In this document: positions 40,785 to 53,506 of the stretch, piece after piece
Layout of the letters: every line of letters begins with the position of its first letter
Numbering within the stretch: the stretch's first letter is position 1
Assembly: GCF_006345805.1 (NCBI RefSeq)
Contig: NC_043022.1
Location: forward strand, 13,330,001-13,394,000
DNA length: 64,000 nucleotides
Origin: Octopus sinensis
Lineage: Eukaryota
Direction: 5' to 3'
Position numbers and translations under genes: made by a program
The notes under the pieces: model-generated
Database searches by the model: none
What the model saw: only the letters and a program-made list of their open reading frames with translations
What the model was told of the DNA's origin: nothing

Positions 40785-42310
40785 CTGCAACAATAAAAAT
40801 TAAAGGTAAGTAATCAAGACGATAAGGGCTGAGTTTCTTGGTGTTTTTGCTACAATATTTTTTCCTGAAAACACAGACAATGCAAAACCCTAGGAATTAT
40901 TGAAATTAGATGGGGAAAAACACATGTGAATTGAATGAAGGAAAAGATTAGGAAGGGAGCTTATCTTTTTTCATCTATTTACTAGTTTTAGTCACTGGAC
41001 TGTGACCATACTGGGATGGAGGTGGGGACTGCTTTGATGTGTTTCAGGGGTTCGCAACAGGGGTTCATATAAGATTTTGCTGTTAAAATTTATGTGCAAT
41101 AAATTAGTCAAACTTCTAAATTTTTTCAGTACAATTCCTAATAACAGCTAATTATAAAAGTAAAAAAGAATTTTTGATGCATCCACCTGTGTAAAATAAG
41201 AATCAAAGGAGTCCATCATCATTATCATTATAATCATTTGATGTCCATTTTCCATTCTGGCATGGTTTGGGTGGTTTCATAGGAGCTGGTCAGCTGGAGA
41301 GCTGTCCAGGCTCCAATTGTCTATTCTGGCATGATTGCTATGGCTGGATGTCCTTCCTAATGCCAACCATTTCGCAGACTGTGTTGGGTGTGTTTTACAT
41401 GGTGCCAGCACAAGTGCCCACTATGTGGTGCTGATGTATGAGTGCTTTGCATGTGGCGCCGATACGAATGCTTTGTACACAGAATCACTACATTAGATGA
41501 ATACTTAAAATAGATCTAGAGCCGTAAAAATCAGATTATAGGAATTGATACGTTAGCTGTTCCAATAATATAATTATAATAAGAAAATGTTTTCTGATGC
41601 TCTACCAATTCTGCCAGTTTATTTCTCCAATAATAATAATAATGGTTCCTAACTTAAGCAATTTTAGAGGGAGGGTGTTAGTCAATGCCATCAACCGCCA
41701 GTGCTTGACTGGTACTTTATCTTATCACCTCCAGAAGGGAAAGTAAAGCCAGGGTTTGAACAGAACCATATGTAAATAATGGTTTCAAATTTTGGGAAAA
41801 CGGCCGCAATTCTGTGGAGGGGGTGTTCAACTGATGCTTATTTTATTGACGAACAAAAGGCAAAGTCGACCTTGGCAGTATTTGAACTCAGAACGTAAAG
41901 ACAGACAAAATGCCGCTAGGAATTTTGCCCAGCATGCTAACAATTCTGCCAGCTCACTGCCTTAATCATAACTAAATGATGCAAGACATTTTTCCCAAAG
42001 CTCCACTGATTCTGTCCGTAATGAGTGACCAATTGAAGTTAATATATTATCACATAAGGTGAACGAACCGCAAAAGCAAGGTCGACCAAAGAAAATGTGG
42101 AGGAGGAGATTGGGAGGGCTGGCTTGAGGAAGGAGGACATCCGTAACTGGGTAAGATAGTGTGAGAGCAGTTTGTGTAAGTATGAGGTAGATCCGGCCAC
42201 CCTCGTTAATGGGAACAAACTTGGATTTAAAATATTGGACATTGATAATAGAAATGCAAAGGGCAGTGAATGCTTGGAGGGATTTTAGAATTAACAAAAA
42301 CCCCACATAC

Positions 42311-42469
42311 CTTCGAGTGGTTTGATGTAATAGTTTGCAGCACTGTCTGATGCATACTTTACATCCAGCAGCTGCATAATGCGGTCCATCAAGCCATGTA
42401 AGACTTCGAAACCAGAATTCTTGTTGTAGTAGACAGCACACAAATGACGTTCATTCTTCGCTCCATTGT
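42311..42469 (-). CDS. FARSB: FARSB exon: [37 protein letters not shown]...IKPLE
   Basis: aag acceptor, gtatgt donor; [16 protein letters not shown] motif. Confidence 0.96.
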
Positions 42470-42534
42470 CTTCAAGAAAGAAGCAAAGTGAAAAGAACAA
42501 AAACTATATATAAATGCAAACGTTTATTACATTA

Positions 42535-42703
42535 TGAGGAGGGGCTGAGCAGTTCCTCGCTTTGGGTAAACGAAAATACAGGAGGAGGATCAATTAATTA
42601 TGGCATTATTCAACATATTTCCCTCTCAGAATCACATACCTATTGAAGTGGTCCTCCAACCAGAACCTTAAAGCCAAGAACTTTTCAGCACCTACTCCTT
42701 GTA
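42535..42703. mobile_element. Mariner-derived MITE (related fragment near 35485-35690)
   Basis: Imperfect TIRs ...ctga(aa)agttc.tggcttt; internal minus frame ending LRGKYVE*. Confidence 0.65.
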
Positions 42704-43813
42704 CTAAAAAAGTGCTGCACTTGTAAACCTTACAGTAATTAAGTTTGAAACTTGGAGGTCTCAACCGGCTGCAATTGCTGTTACCCTTTTGAAGCCAACC
42801 CATTTAATCCTTTTGATACCAGCCTGCCTGAGATCACCTGATTCAATGATACAAACTTCCAGTTACAAAGTGATTTAAGTTAAAAACCTTCCATCAAAAT
42901 GCTATGTTAATTTATTCTCCAGATACTAATTAATAACGACAAAGTTACTTTACTAAAATCGTTCTCATTGTCATCATAATCATCGTTTAACGCCCATTTT
43001 CTACGCTGGCATGAGTTGGATGGTTTGATAGGAGCTGGCCAGCTACAGAGCAATTTGGGTCCCATTTGTCTGTTTGGCATGACTTCTATAGCTGGATGCC
43101 CTTCCTAATGCCAACCACTTTACAGAGTGTACTGGGTGCTTTGAAGGTGGAACAGGCCTGGGCATTTTTACGTGGCACCAGCACCCACAAACCCACAAGA
43201 CTAGGATATCCCAGCTGAGAGAGGGATGTGGAGGAAATATCTCTATGCATGGACGGCTGTGATTTTACTTAGCTTGACGTTGAAAAGTAACAGAAACAAT
43301 GGCAATGTATTTTGACAGAAATATGGCAACAAAAATGGTGAAGCTTTCCTCTTGATTCCAAAGATGTGATAACACTTACTCCTCCTACTAACTTGTTGTC
43401 AGTGAATTACCAATAACTAATGTGACATGCATTGCTACAAGGGTTTGGAGAAGACAGGAAAAGCAGCTTGGATTTTTTTAGCTGGTTGGTTGATTGATTA
43501 GCACTTTAATAATCACAGCCATTGTGCTTGTTTGAAACAAAAACAACAACAGCCACCAGCACCATTCAGCTGGTACTTATTTACAGCTGAGTACACTAAA
43601 ACAACAAAAGGAGTAAAATGAAGTCCCTTACGCAAAGACACAATGCGTAATCCAGCCCAAGACTTGAACCCACGACCTTCTAACCATTAGGCTACAGACA
43701 CCACCCTAACTACTCAACTATGTGCTTTCACCACTACCACTACTACTGCCACTGCTATTTCTGCCTCCATAAACACTACAATCACCAATATTTAACTGAG
43801 CTTTGCAACTCAC

Positions 43814-43931
43814 CTCTGCTGGAGTCCTGTAAAACAACATCGGAGATCTCAAATAGTTTTAATGGAAGAGGCATATTCTTGTTGTTGGACAAGGTTTTCA
43901 ACAAACCAGGTAGGAGCATTGTACGAGCAAC
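43814..43931 (-). CDS. FARSB: FARSB exon: [39 protein letters not shown]
   Basis: aag acceptor, gtgagt donor; [10 protein letters not shown]...[11 protein letters not shown] motif. Confidence 0.96.
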
Positions 43932-45438
43932 CTTCAAAAGAAAACACATAAGTTTAGGTTGTTATTTCGAGACAGACAGTGGTTCATTATGTCAATATGA
44001 TGAAATACGAATGAGCATAGAAAATTTATTTATAAATCTAATATTTTATCATTTACTTGTTTCAATCATTGGACAGCAGCCATGGTGGGGCATTGCCCTG
44101 AAGGATTCAGACAAACAGATCTATCAGTCTCTTTGGCTGGACTACTAAGTTGCAGGAATGTTAACAAACCAACACTGGTTGTCAAGCTGCGATGAGGCAC
44201 AAACACAACACACACACACCCCTTTTATCTTTTGCTTGTTTCAGTTATTAGACTGGCCATGCTGGGGCACTGCCTTGAGGAATTTTAATCGACCGAATCG
44301 ATCTCAGCACTTACTATTTTTTGTAAAGTCTGGTACTTATTCTATCAATCTCTTTTGCTGAACCACTAAGTTACAGGGATGTAAACAAACACCGGTTGCA
44401 AAGCAGTGGTGGGCACACAGAGACACAACCCCCCCCCACACACACTCATAGATATACATATATATGACCGGCTTCTTTCACTTTCAGCCTACCAAATCCA
44501 CTCCAAGGATTATAGTGGAAGACACTTGTCCAAGGTGCCACACAATAAGACTGAACCGGAGACCACATGCTTGGGAAGCAAGCTTCTTAACCACATAGCC
44601 ACACACACACACACCTACAAAATATTTACCATATTTCTTTATGTCCATTTTCCCATGCTGGCATGGGTTACAGGAATATATTTTCGGGGCTTTGTCTTAC
44701 AGCTGGATACCCTTTCTGTTGCAACCTTCACCTGTTTCCATGCAAGGTGATATTTCCCCTCGGTTGGACATATTTTCAAGGAAGACTGAAAACAAATGAC
44801 ACTGCTTGCACGACAATATCACACACACACACACACACACACACATTGGGATTCTTTCAGTTTCTGTCTACCAAATTCACTCACAAGGCTTTGGCCAGCC
44901 CAAGGTGACACTTGGTGGAACTGAACCTGAAACTGTGTTGGTTGGGAGCCTTCTTAACCGCACAGCCATGATTGCACTCTATCATCATCATCATCATCAT
45001 CATCGTTTAACGTCCGCTTTCCATGCTAGCATGGGTTGGACGGTTCAACTGGGGTCTGGGAAGCCCGAAGGCTGCACCAGGCCAGTCAGATCTGGCAGTG
45101 TTTCTACAGCTGGATGCCCTTCCTAACGCCAACCACTCCGAGAGTGTAGTGGGTGATTTTATGTGCCACCGACACAGGTGCCAGACGAGGCTGGCGAACT
45201 CAATGTTTTCTTGAAATATAGATTATCTGTAGAGAAACAGAATAAGCATATTGCAGGTACAAAAATGGAGGGCACCGAGTGACGAGGAGTAAAATACCTT
45301 TTCTCATTGGTTGATATTCTACTCAGAATCGGGTACACGGCTAGAGCGGCATTAAGAGAAAGGACCAATAATTGGGGTGATATGGGGTGGCTGTATGACT
45401 CTGAGTGGAGTGGTATGCAAAGGGTGTATAGTATAGAT

Positions 45439-45767
45439 CAGAGGTTCTCAAAGGGGTCCATATAAGATTTTGGGGGTGCACACAACAAAATAGTGAATTA
45501 GGGATCCACAATGGTATTTTAAGGGCCCCTGAAAAGATTTTCCTTTAGGTGTATGTATTGGTATGCATTGCTAGAAATAGCTAGGCTTCTTTCTCTAACA
45601 TTTTACATAGTTTAACCCACACAAGTTAATATGTGGTGGGGGTAAAAAGGAATTTTGAAAGAAGTTTCTATAAAACTAGTTTTTAAACACTGAATAGCTA
45701 TGAGGGTCCACCAGAATAAAATAATGACCAAAAGGGGTCCATGGATAAAAATGGTTGAGAACCGCTG
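45439..45767. mobile_element. hAT MITE in a FARSB intron
   Basis: CAGAGGTTCTCAA...TTGAGAACCGCTG termini; TSD GTATAGAT/GTATAGAC. Confidence 0.8.
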
Positions 45768-45779
45768 GTATAGACTTAC

Positions 45780-45872
45780 CTGGAATTCTGCTGTTTTAGG
45801 GTTGGAAATGTGTACAGGTTTTATATCATTGATATTAAGTCGAAGTTTATCAGCAATGTCCTCTCTTGAACA
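45780..45872 (-). CDS. FARSB: FARSB exon: [31 protein letters not shown]
   Basis: tag acceptor, gtaagt donor; [12 protein letters not shown] motif. Confidence 0.95.
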
Positions 45873-45936
45873 CTACACCAAAATATAACAAAAAGCATTA
45901 TGAAACAATAATTAATATACATTTATTATTTTCCTA

Positions 45937-45964
<28 letters not shown>

Positions 45965-45973
<9 letters not shown>

Positions 45974-46220
45974 GGTGCATAATTATTGCGGCTTTTTTTT
46001 CAACAAATTTTATTCAACAAAAACAATAACGACATTTAACAAAAACATCTTTCAATTATTATTCTGGAGGATATTCACCATCTACTTCAATTACTGCTTC
46101 CCATCTGCTTGGCAGACGATCAGACTGTCATTTAAAGACGTTTTGGTTAAATGTCGTTATTGTTTTTGCTCAATAGAATTTGTTGAAAAAAAGCCGCAAT
46201 GATTATGCACGAACCCAATA
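45965..46220. mobile_element. Mariner-derived MITE with ~80-bp TIRs
   Basis: tattggattggtgcataat... / ...attatgcacgaacccaata; the internal minus frame DRLPSRWEAVIEVDGEY resembles a transposase C-terminus. Confidence 0.8.
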
Positions 46221-46335
46221 TATATGTATAGTGTATGTATATAAAGTTAATCCAAACATGAAAGCACAAAAAAACACAACAACGCAAGGACGTGGAACAA
46301 ATATAGTATTATTGGACGCTAAGGAAAGAAGGAGG

Positions 46336-46370
46336 GTTTAACGTTTCGAATGGAGCTCTTCGTCGGAAAC
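46336..46370 (-). ncRNA. Minimal hammerhead motif, same repeat family (copy 2)
   Basis: GUUU-CCGACGA-A-GAGC-UCC-AUUC-GAAAC-GUU-AAAC on the minus strand. Confidence 0.45.
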
Positions 46371-46506
46371 ATAGGAGAAGGAAAGATCCAGAGAAAGGAA
46401 GACAGAGGAAAAAAAATCGCCAACGGTACACACGCGGTCACATCTATATATGTATATATATTTATAGTGTGTGTGTGTGTATATATATATATGTATATAT
46501 GTATGT

Positions 46507-46788
46507 ATGTATATAATTTAGAGAAAAATCTCTATTAAACAATTCAATAAAGAAAGATGTTCACGCCATATAGAAAACATATACTATAAAAAAAACCTTA
46601 TTCTAAAAATCAATAAAGTACAATAAATAAATGCGTGTAGTCTTTTTACTACTGTTTACTATTTATTGTACTTTATTGATTTTTATAAAAAGGTTTTCTT
46701 TATAGTATCTGTTTTCTATATGGCGTGAATAACATGTTTCTTTATTGAATTGTTTAATAGAGGTTTTTTTTCTTTAAATCATATACAT
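46507..46788. repeat. ~280-bp AT-rich palindrome in a FARSB intron
   Basis: Arms ...ctctattaaacaattcaataaag...caataaata / tatttattg...ctttattgaattgtttaatagag; ~30-nt loop. Confidence 0.85.
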
Positions 46789-47689
46789 GTATTATATATT
46801 GTGAAATTTGATTTAAAAATGCTAAATTGAATTTTTCCCTGTAAACTTTGGAATTATATTCCCTACTATTATATATATAGTACAGATGCCCACATATACC
46901 TCCAACAAACAATACTCATACAGATACACACACAATTATACACATATGGGTACAGATACACATGCACATACATGCATGTAAGCACACACACGCACGCACA
47001 TTATGCCTACACAACTCCAAAACCCACAAACACAAATTCACACACAAACCTATACATACACACAATATATGCCTACACGTGCACAGACACATATAGACAC
47101 AGACACACACACACGCATGCACACACCCAACACTCACAACCCCACGGATACACATATATACACCCACATATGCTTACACACACAACTACAGGCACATACA
47201 ACATGCACGCACATACACACACACACAAATGAACCCACACATACATCCCATACACACAGCACACAATTATACATACATGTGGACACATACGCACGTACAT
47301 GCACACATACACAAAGTAAAGCATAGTTATTTGCCACACACACAAACTATGCATACACACACGAACACACACATACACTACAAACAAAACACACACACAC
47401 ATACTTCAAACTAGGAGTACCTCTCACTGGCCATGGGTAGACACAAGAGCCACTCCTAATTCCTTGACCTTAAACAATACTAAGCCCTACAACACACACA
47501 CACACACGCAGACCTTCGCGCACGCACATATCCACACTTACACACACATACCACCTCTTGCACTCTCCTGTCTTTGAAAGAACTTTTCTTCACCCATTTC
47601 CTTCCGGTCATTCAAAATGTGACCGTGTGTGTACCATTGGCGACTTTTTTTCCTCCGTCTTCCCTTCTCTGGATCTTTCCTTTTCCTAT

Positions 47690-47724
47690 GTTTCTGATGA
47701 AGAGCTCCGCTCGAAACGCTAAAC
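47690..47724 (+). ncRNA. Minimal hammerhead motif in a ~200-bp repeat (copy 3)
   Basis: GUUU-CUGAUGA-A-GAGC-UCC-GCUC-GAAAC-GCU-AAAC; U16.1 is changed to C. Confidence 0.55.
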
Positions 47725-48686
47725 CCTCCTTCTTCCCTTCCTTCCTGAGCGTCCAATAATACTATATTTGTTCCACGTCCTCGCGATGTTGTGTTTTCTC
47801 TTTGTGTTTTCATGTTTGGATTAACTATATATATATATATATATATGTATATAATGGGAAATGTTTTGAATATGCAAATCAAGCTCCTATTCTATTATGC
47901 CAGCCACATTCCAATGATGCTGACTGGTGAACCAGTTTTTGGAGGTGGTATCCCTCTGTTGTAGATCCACGGATACTATGGACTGCACTGTAATGATCCC
48001 AGTATGAAGTCTGATGAGTTGTCCACAAGGCTGTAGCTTTCATGGATACAAAACCATTGGTCACTCTGTGACCAAACTTTAAGTCTATGTTTTAATATAT
48101 CATCATCTTCGTTTAGCGTCCGCTTTCCATGCTAGCATGGGTTGGACGGTTCAACTGGGGTCTGGGAAGCCAGAAGGCTGCACCAGGCAGTGTTTCTACA
48201 GCTGGATACTCTTTGTAACGCCAACCACTCCGTGAGTGTAGTGGGTGAATTTTAAGTGCCACCGGCACAGGTGCCAGACGAGGCTGGCAAACGGCCACAA
48301 TCGGATGGTGTTTTTTACGTGCCACCGGCACGGAGACCAGACGAAGCTGGCAACGGCCACGAATCGGATGGTATATATATTGAAGAGGTTGCAAGAAGCA
48401 ACGAAAATTTTAGAAAAAAAAAAAGGCAAATGAACGGAAATCGAACTAGTGAGTGTATACACACAAACATATACACATATAAATACAAACTTCTATAAGT
48501 AATGTATTCACACACACATGCAAATACTTTGCACTGAGTTAGTTTCTAAACTTGCAAGTTGTTCTCATTTCCATTTCCGGTTTTGTATGAAGGAAAGGCA
48601 TGAATGTTACAACTTCATCAGACTCGTGTACTCATGTAAGCATGCACAACATTAAATATATTGAACAATAAAAAGGTCAAGCTCAC

Positions 48687-48767
48687 CAATGCAAAAGTAA
48701 GGACCTCAGAGAAACCAGCAGCTGCAATGTTGACCCTCAATAGATCACCTAATTGATTCATAGGAAC
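48687..48767 (-). CDS. FARSB: FARSB exon: VPMNQLGDLLRVNIAAAGFSEVLTFAL
   Basis: ttcag acceptor, gtgagc donor; AAAGF.E.LTFAL motif. Confidence 0.95.
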
Positions 48768-49147
48768 CTGAAAATAAAAGGGTGGACCAATAGATAGTTG
48801 GGTTGGCAAGGTAGTAATTTTGGGTTTTTAGTGTGAAATAAAAGTCATTTTTTTTTCATACAAAGAATGAACTTTAATCAATTATATATTTTCCATTTAA
48901 GAAAATTACTAGTTGTAAATCTCATAACAAGAGATATTCAGCAACAATACTTTGGAATAAAGATTGTTTGCCAACATGACATGGCAGTCCTGGTTTAGGA
49001 TGAATGTTGCTGTAATTTAGGAATACTCAGCCAACAGAAATAAAATTTAAAAAAAAAAAACCATCATAAGAAAGACGAAGAAAGATAATGCTTGCCTTGT
49101 CTTATAAAAATTAAAAAATAGTAGATTTATTTGGTTATTATACTTAC

Positions 49148-49248
49148 TTGTGTTGCTGTTGCGTAAGTTTGTGGAAAAGTGTATGAAATGTTATCATAGC
49201 CGTATGCAATGGCAACATCCTCGATAATATCACAGGCATGGATTATAT
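49148..49248 (-). CDS. FARSB: FARSB exon: [34 protein letters not shown]
   Basis: ctcag acceptor, gtaagt donor; [16 protein letters not shown] signature. Confidence 0.96.
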
Positions 49249-49944
49249 CTGAGCAATGTTAAGGAACAATGACGCATATTGAAACTGCTACAATATATTG
49301 TGCTTTTCTGATTGGTTGGTATTATTCAACCAATCAGCTTTCATTATTCCCTGCTGAAACTTAAATACTCTTTACTCTTTTACTCTTTTACTTGTTTCAG
49401 TCATTTGACTGCGGCCATGCTGGAGCACCGCCTTTAGTCGAGCAAATCGACCCCGGGACTTATTCTTTGTAAGCCCAGTACTTATTCTATCGGTCTCTTT
49501 TGCCGAACCTCTAAGTTACGGGGACGTAAACACACCAGCATCGGTTGTCAAGCGATGTTTGGGGGACAGACATACAATCACACACACACATATATACGAC
49601 GGGCTTCTTTCAGTTTCCGTCTACCAAATCCTCTCACAAGGCATTGGTCGGCCCGGGGCTATAGCAGAAGACACTTGCCCAAGATGCCACGCAGTGGGAC
49701 TGAACCCGGAACCATGTGGTTGGTTAGCAAGCTACTTACCACACGAAAGAATTTATTGTTAATCTTTAATCTGTGTATATTAGGTTATGCTGTTGCAGGT
49801 ATGGCTGTGTGGTTAAGAAGTCTGCTTCCCAAACTTGTACTTTTGGGTTCTGTTCTTCAATGTGGCACCTTGGGCATACCAAAGTCTTGCGAAGTGGATT
49901 TAGTAGGCAGAAAATGAAAGATGTTAGTTGTACATCATCATCAT

Positions 49945-50330
49945 CGCTTAACGTCTGTTTACCATGCTAGGATGGGTTGGACGGTTCGACCGGGGATCTG
50001 GGAAGCCAGGGGGCTGCACCAGGCTCCGGTCTTATCTGGCAATGTTTCTACAGCTGGATGCCCTTCCTAACGCCAACCACTCCGTGAGTGTAGTGGGTGC
50101 TTTTTACGTGCCACCTGCACTGGTGCCAGGCGAGGCTGGCATCGGCCACGGTCGGATTGGTGCATTTTACGTGCCACCTGCACGGAAGCCAGTCAAGGCG
50201 GCACTGGCTTCGGCCACGGTTCGGATGGTGCTTTTTACGTGCCACCTGCACGGAAGCCAGTCGAGGCGGCACTGGCTTTGGCCACGATTCGGATGGTGCT
50301 TTTTACGTGCCACCGACATGCATGTGTATA
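49945..50330 (-). mobile_element. Retroposon with (GAT)n tail and internal 63-68-bp tandem units
   Basis: catcat-cgtttaacgtc..gctagcatgggttggacgg body; other copies near 21340-21780, 35100-35410, 44990-45195, 48100-48370, 53727-54020. Confidence 0.7.
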
Positions 50331-51183
50331 TTTATAAAAACAATTGCAGCGTGGAAGATGTTTGTAATCCATTTAAAAGCACACAAAAAAGCATTAGTTT
50401 CACTTCAACATTTAAATTTCATTTGTGTCAAAATGAAATTAACGCTTTAGTATTTAAACCGGCCATATCCGGCCAAAATAACTAATCTGTTTTATGTTCA
50501 AACTGACCAGATCCAGGCTCTCACACCTACCCTACAATGTTATTCTACATTAAGTAATTGCACCATCAAGATCTTGAAGATATGAGAAAATACATGATTA
50601 ATTCAAATCAATGGGAATCAATAGGTGTTATGTTTGATTGAATAATCTGAACACTAAAGGGTTAAATGTCTAACCTATACAAACATGGAAAAATGGATGT
50701 GAAAAAGGAATGTAATATATACATAACATATGATGATTGTCTCATCTTGTCACAGATGATAGCTATCTCTTATTATGACAGTGAGACGTCTGTACATCAT
50801 TGGATTTAAGTGACAAAAGCAGTTTTTGATACTTTCTCGGTCACCATAGTAGATAAGTTCCAGTAACAAGCACTGCAAGGTAACTAGCACTGTTTTGACT
50901 GCAAGTTTTACATCAGAGTTTCTTTTTCTGAGAAGAGCTGCCTACCCCATGGATTTGTCAAAAATAACAGGAGCCTTTTCCAACAATGGGAAATCTATTT
51001 AACATCTATATACGTATAGGCGTAGGAGTGGCTGTGTGGCAAGTAGCTTGCTTACGAACCACATGGTACCGGGTTCACTCCCACTGCATGGCACCTTGGG
51101 CAAGTGTCTTTTACTATAGCCTCGGGCCGACCAAAGCCTTGTGAGTGGACTTGGTAGATGGAAACTGAAAGAAGCTCGTCGTA

Positions 51184-51224
<41 letters not shown>

Positions 51225-51603
51225 ATGTATTTGTCCCCTCAACATGGCTTGACAACCGATGCTGGTGTGTTTATGTCCCCGTAACTTAGCAGTTCGGCAA
51301 AAGAGACCGATAGAATAAGTACTAGGCTTACAAAGAATAAGTCCTGAGGTCGATTTGCTCAACTCTCTTGAAACTATTCTAGACAAATGATAACTGATTC
51401 TTGATGCTAAAAATATATCTGATACTAAAATCCATTGAAATTTAAAATGACACATTTACAAGATTAGAGACACTTAACAGCCCAGTCACATCACCTGCAT
51501 TATATCACACAAACTGTACGTTATGCTTCTATAATATACTCATATACTACACTATTTCATAACTACAATCTTTTTGTTCATTGTGTTTTTTTTTAAAGGA
51601 TAC

Positions 51604-51707
51604 CAGTTCTTGTGGGTGGAATATCAATTTCAATTTGGTCCTCATCAATTAAGTGACTCTTCAGGCACATCTTTGTCAAAAGACTGGCAATATTTGCTGG
51701 GTCTTCA
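51604..51707 (-). CDS. FARSB: FARSB exon: [34 protein letters not shown]
   Basis: ttcag acceptor, gtatcc donor; LLTKM.L...IPPTR motif. Confidence 0.94.
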
Positions 51708-53289
51708 CTGAAAATAGAAAGCCAACGTCATTGTCATCATCAATTCAACATTCACTTTTTTTTCCTATGCTCATATGCTTCAGACGTTTGTTGAAGCAGA
51801 TTTTCAATGGGCTGGATACCTTGCTGTTGCCAGTTTTCACTTGCTTCAAAAATAAAGTAATATTTCACCATGGCCAGACATGTTTTGATGGAAGATTGAA
51901 AAACAAACGACACCACTTGTATGACAGTGGGACTCATTTACAACCATCATGTGAAATTAACACACACATATATATATGTATGTGTCATTATTCAGTTTTA
52001 TTTCAAAATTTCTGGCCAACAGAGAAAGAGCTGGTTTCTAACCTAGATGCAAGGCATGCATGTACGTATAATCATATACAATGCTGGAGTGGCTGAGTGG
52101 TAAGTAGCTTGTTTACCAACCACATGGTTCCAGGTTCAGTCCCACTGCTTGGGCAAGTGTCTTCTACTATAGCCTCGGGCCGACCAAAGCCTTGTGAGTG
52201 GATTTGGTAGACGGAAACTGAAAGAAGCCCGTCGTATATATGTATATGTATATATATATGCGTGTATGTGTTTGTCCTCCTAACATTGCTTGACAACCAA
52301 TGCTGGTATGTTTATGTCCCCGTTACTTAGCGGTTTGGCAAAAGGGACCGATAGAATAAGTACTGGGCTTACAAAAGAATAAGTCCTGGGGTCGAGTTGC
52401 TCGATTAAAGGTGGTGCTCCAGCATGGCCGCAGTCAAATGACTGAAACAAGTAAAAGAGCATTGCTCTTCTATTAGTTTCCATACACCGTATCTGCTCAC
52501 AAAGCTTTGGTTAGCCCAGGGCAACAGTAGAGTGCACTTGACCAAGTTGCAACAGAGTGGAACAAAACAATGTCGTTGAGAAGCAAGCTCCTTAATCACA
52601 TACACACACACACACACACACAGCAGCAGTAATATGGGGCCATGCACTGTAACAGTGTACTGATGTATTCACCATTTGTTGGTAATTTTTCTACTCTTGG
52701 TGGATGATGTCTCTGCACCGCTCAGGCGACAACCCTTCAACCCATGGGTCTGTTTGGGTACTCGTTGCTGGAGAGGGTTTTACAAGGTCAGAGTGCAAAT
52801 CCTACCTCAACCTCTTTTAGTTGCCCTTTACGAGATGCAGAGGAAATGTTTGACCTATTCTTTAGTATACCAATCTGCACACAAACACACACAGACACAT
52901 GCATACAAGTGTGTGTATCGGTAAATTTGTGCTGATGTATTGCTGCAGAAATGTCTGAAACTGGACAAGAAGAAACTGAAAGAAGCCCATTGTACACATA
53001 TGCATGGATGTGTGTGTGTATCTGGGTGAGTGTTTATGGCTACAAACTAGCATCTGTTGACACATCTTGTCAACAAATTGTCCAGTAGCTCTGTACTTTT
53101 GAATTCCTTGGACTAAAAATTCCCTTACTTGAAATACAAGGCTTAGTAACAAAAATGCATCTGGCTGTTGAAAATCCTGCCTCAATTGCCTCCTGTCTAA
53201 ATCATTCTAGCATGGAAAGAAAGGGATGTTAAATGAAACGAATCAGAAAAGAAAAAACAAGAAATGGAGTAATTGTCATAAAAACTTAC

Positions 53290-53351
53290 CTGATTCCAAC
53301 TTTAGAATTAATTGTTTTGGCACTAATAACTTCTTTACGATACGCAAGGTC
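53290..53351 (-). CDS. FARSB: FARSB exon: DLAYRKEVISAKTINSKVGI
   Basis: ccag acceptor, gtaagt donor; LAYRKE...IN.KVGI (B5 domain). Confidence 0.93.
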
Positions 53352-53454
53352 CTGGTGGAATAGAAGTTATATGTATTGATAGGTGTTTTCTTCAAATAGA
53401 TAATAATGATGATAATAATAATAATAATAATACTTTATGTATCATAATACTTAC

Positions 53455-53506
53455 TGGATATTTTACCACGGTGCCATCAGCTTGTACAACCTCCACAACT
53501 TCAACC
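53455..53506 (-). CDS. FARSB: FARSB exon: VEVVEVVQADGTVVKYP
   Basis: acag acceptor, gtaagt donor; frame continuous with neighbours. Confidence 0.9.

Noticed and set aside
43720-44148. 142-aa plus-strand ORF
   Set aside because: It is the antisense shadow of FARSB exon 43814-43931 plus triplet repeats.
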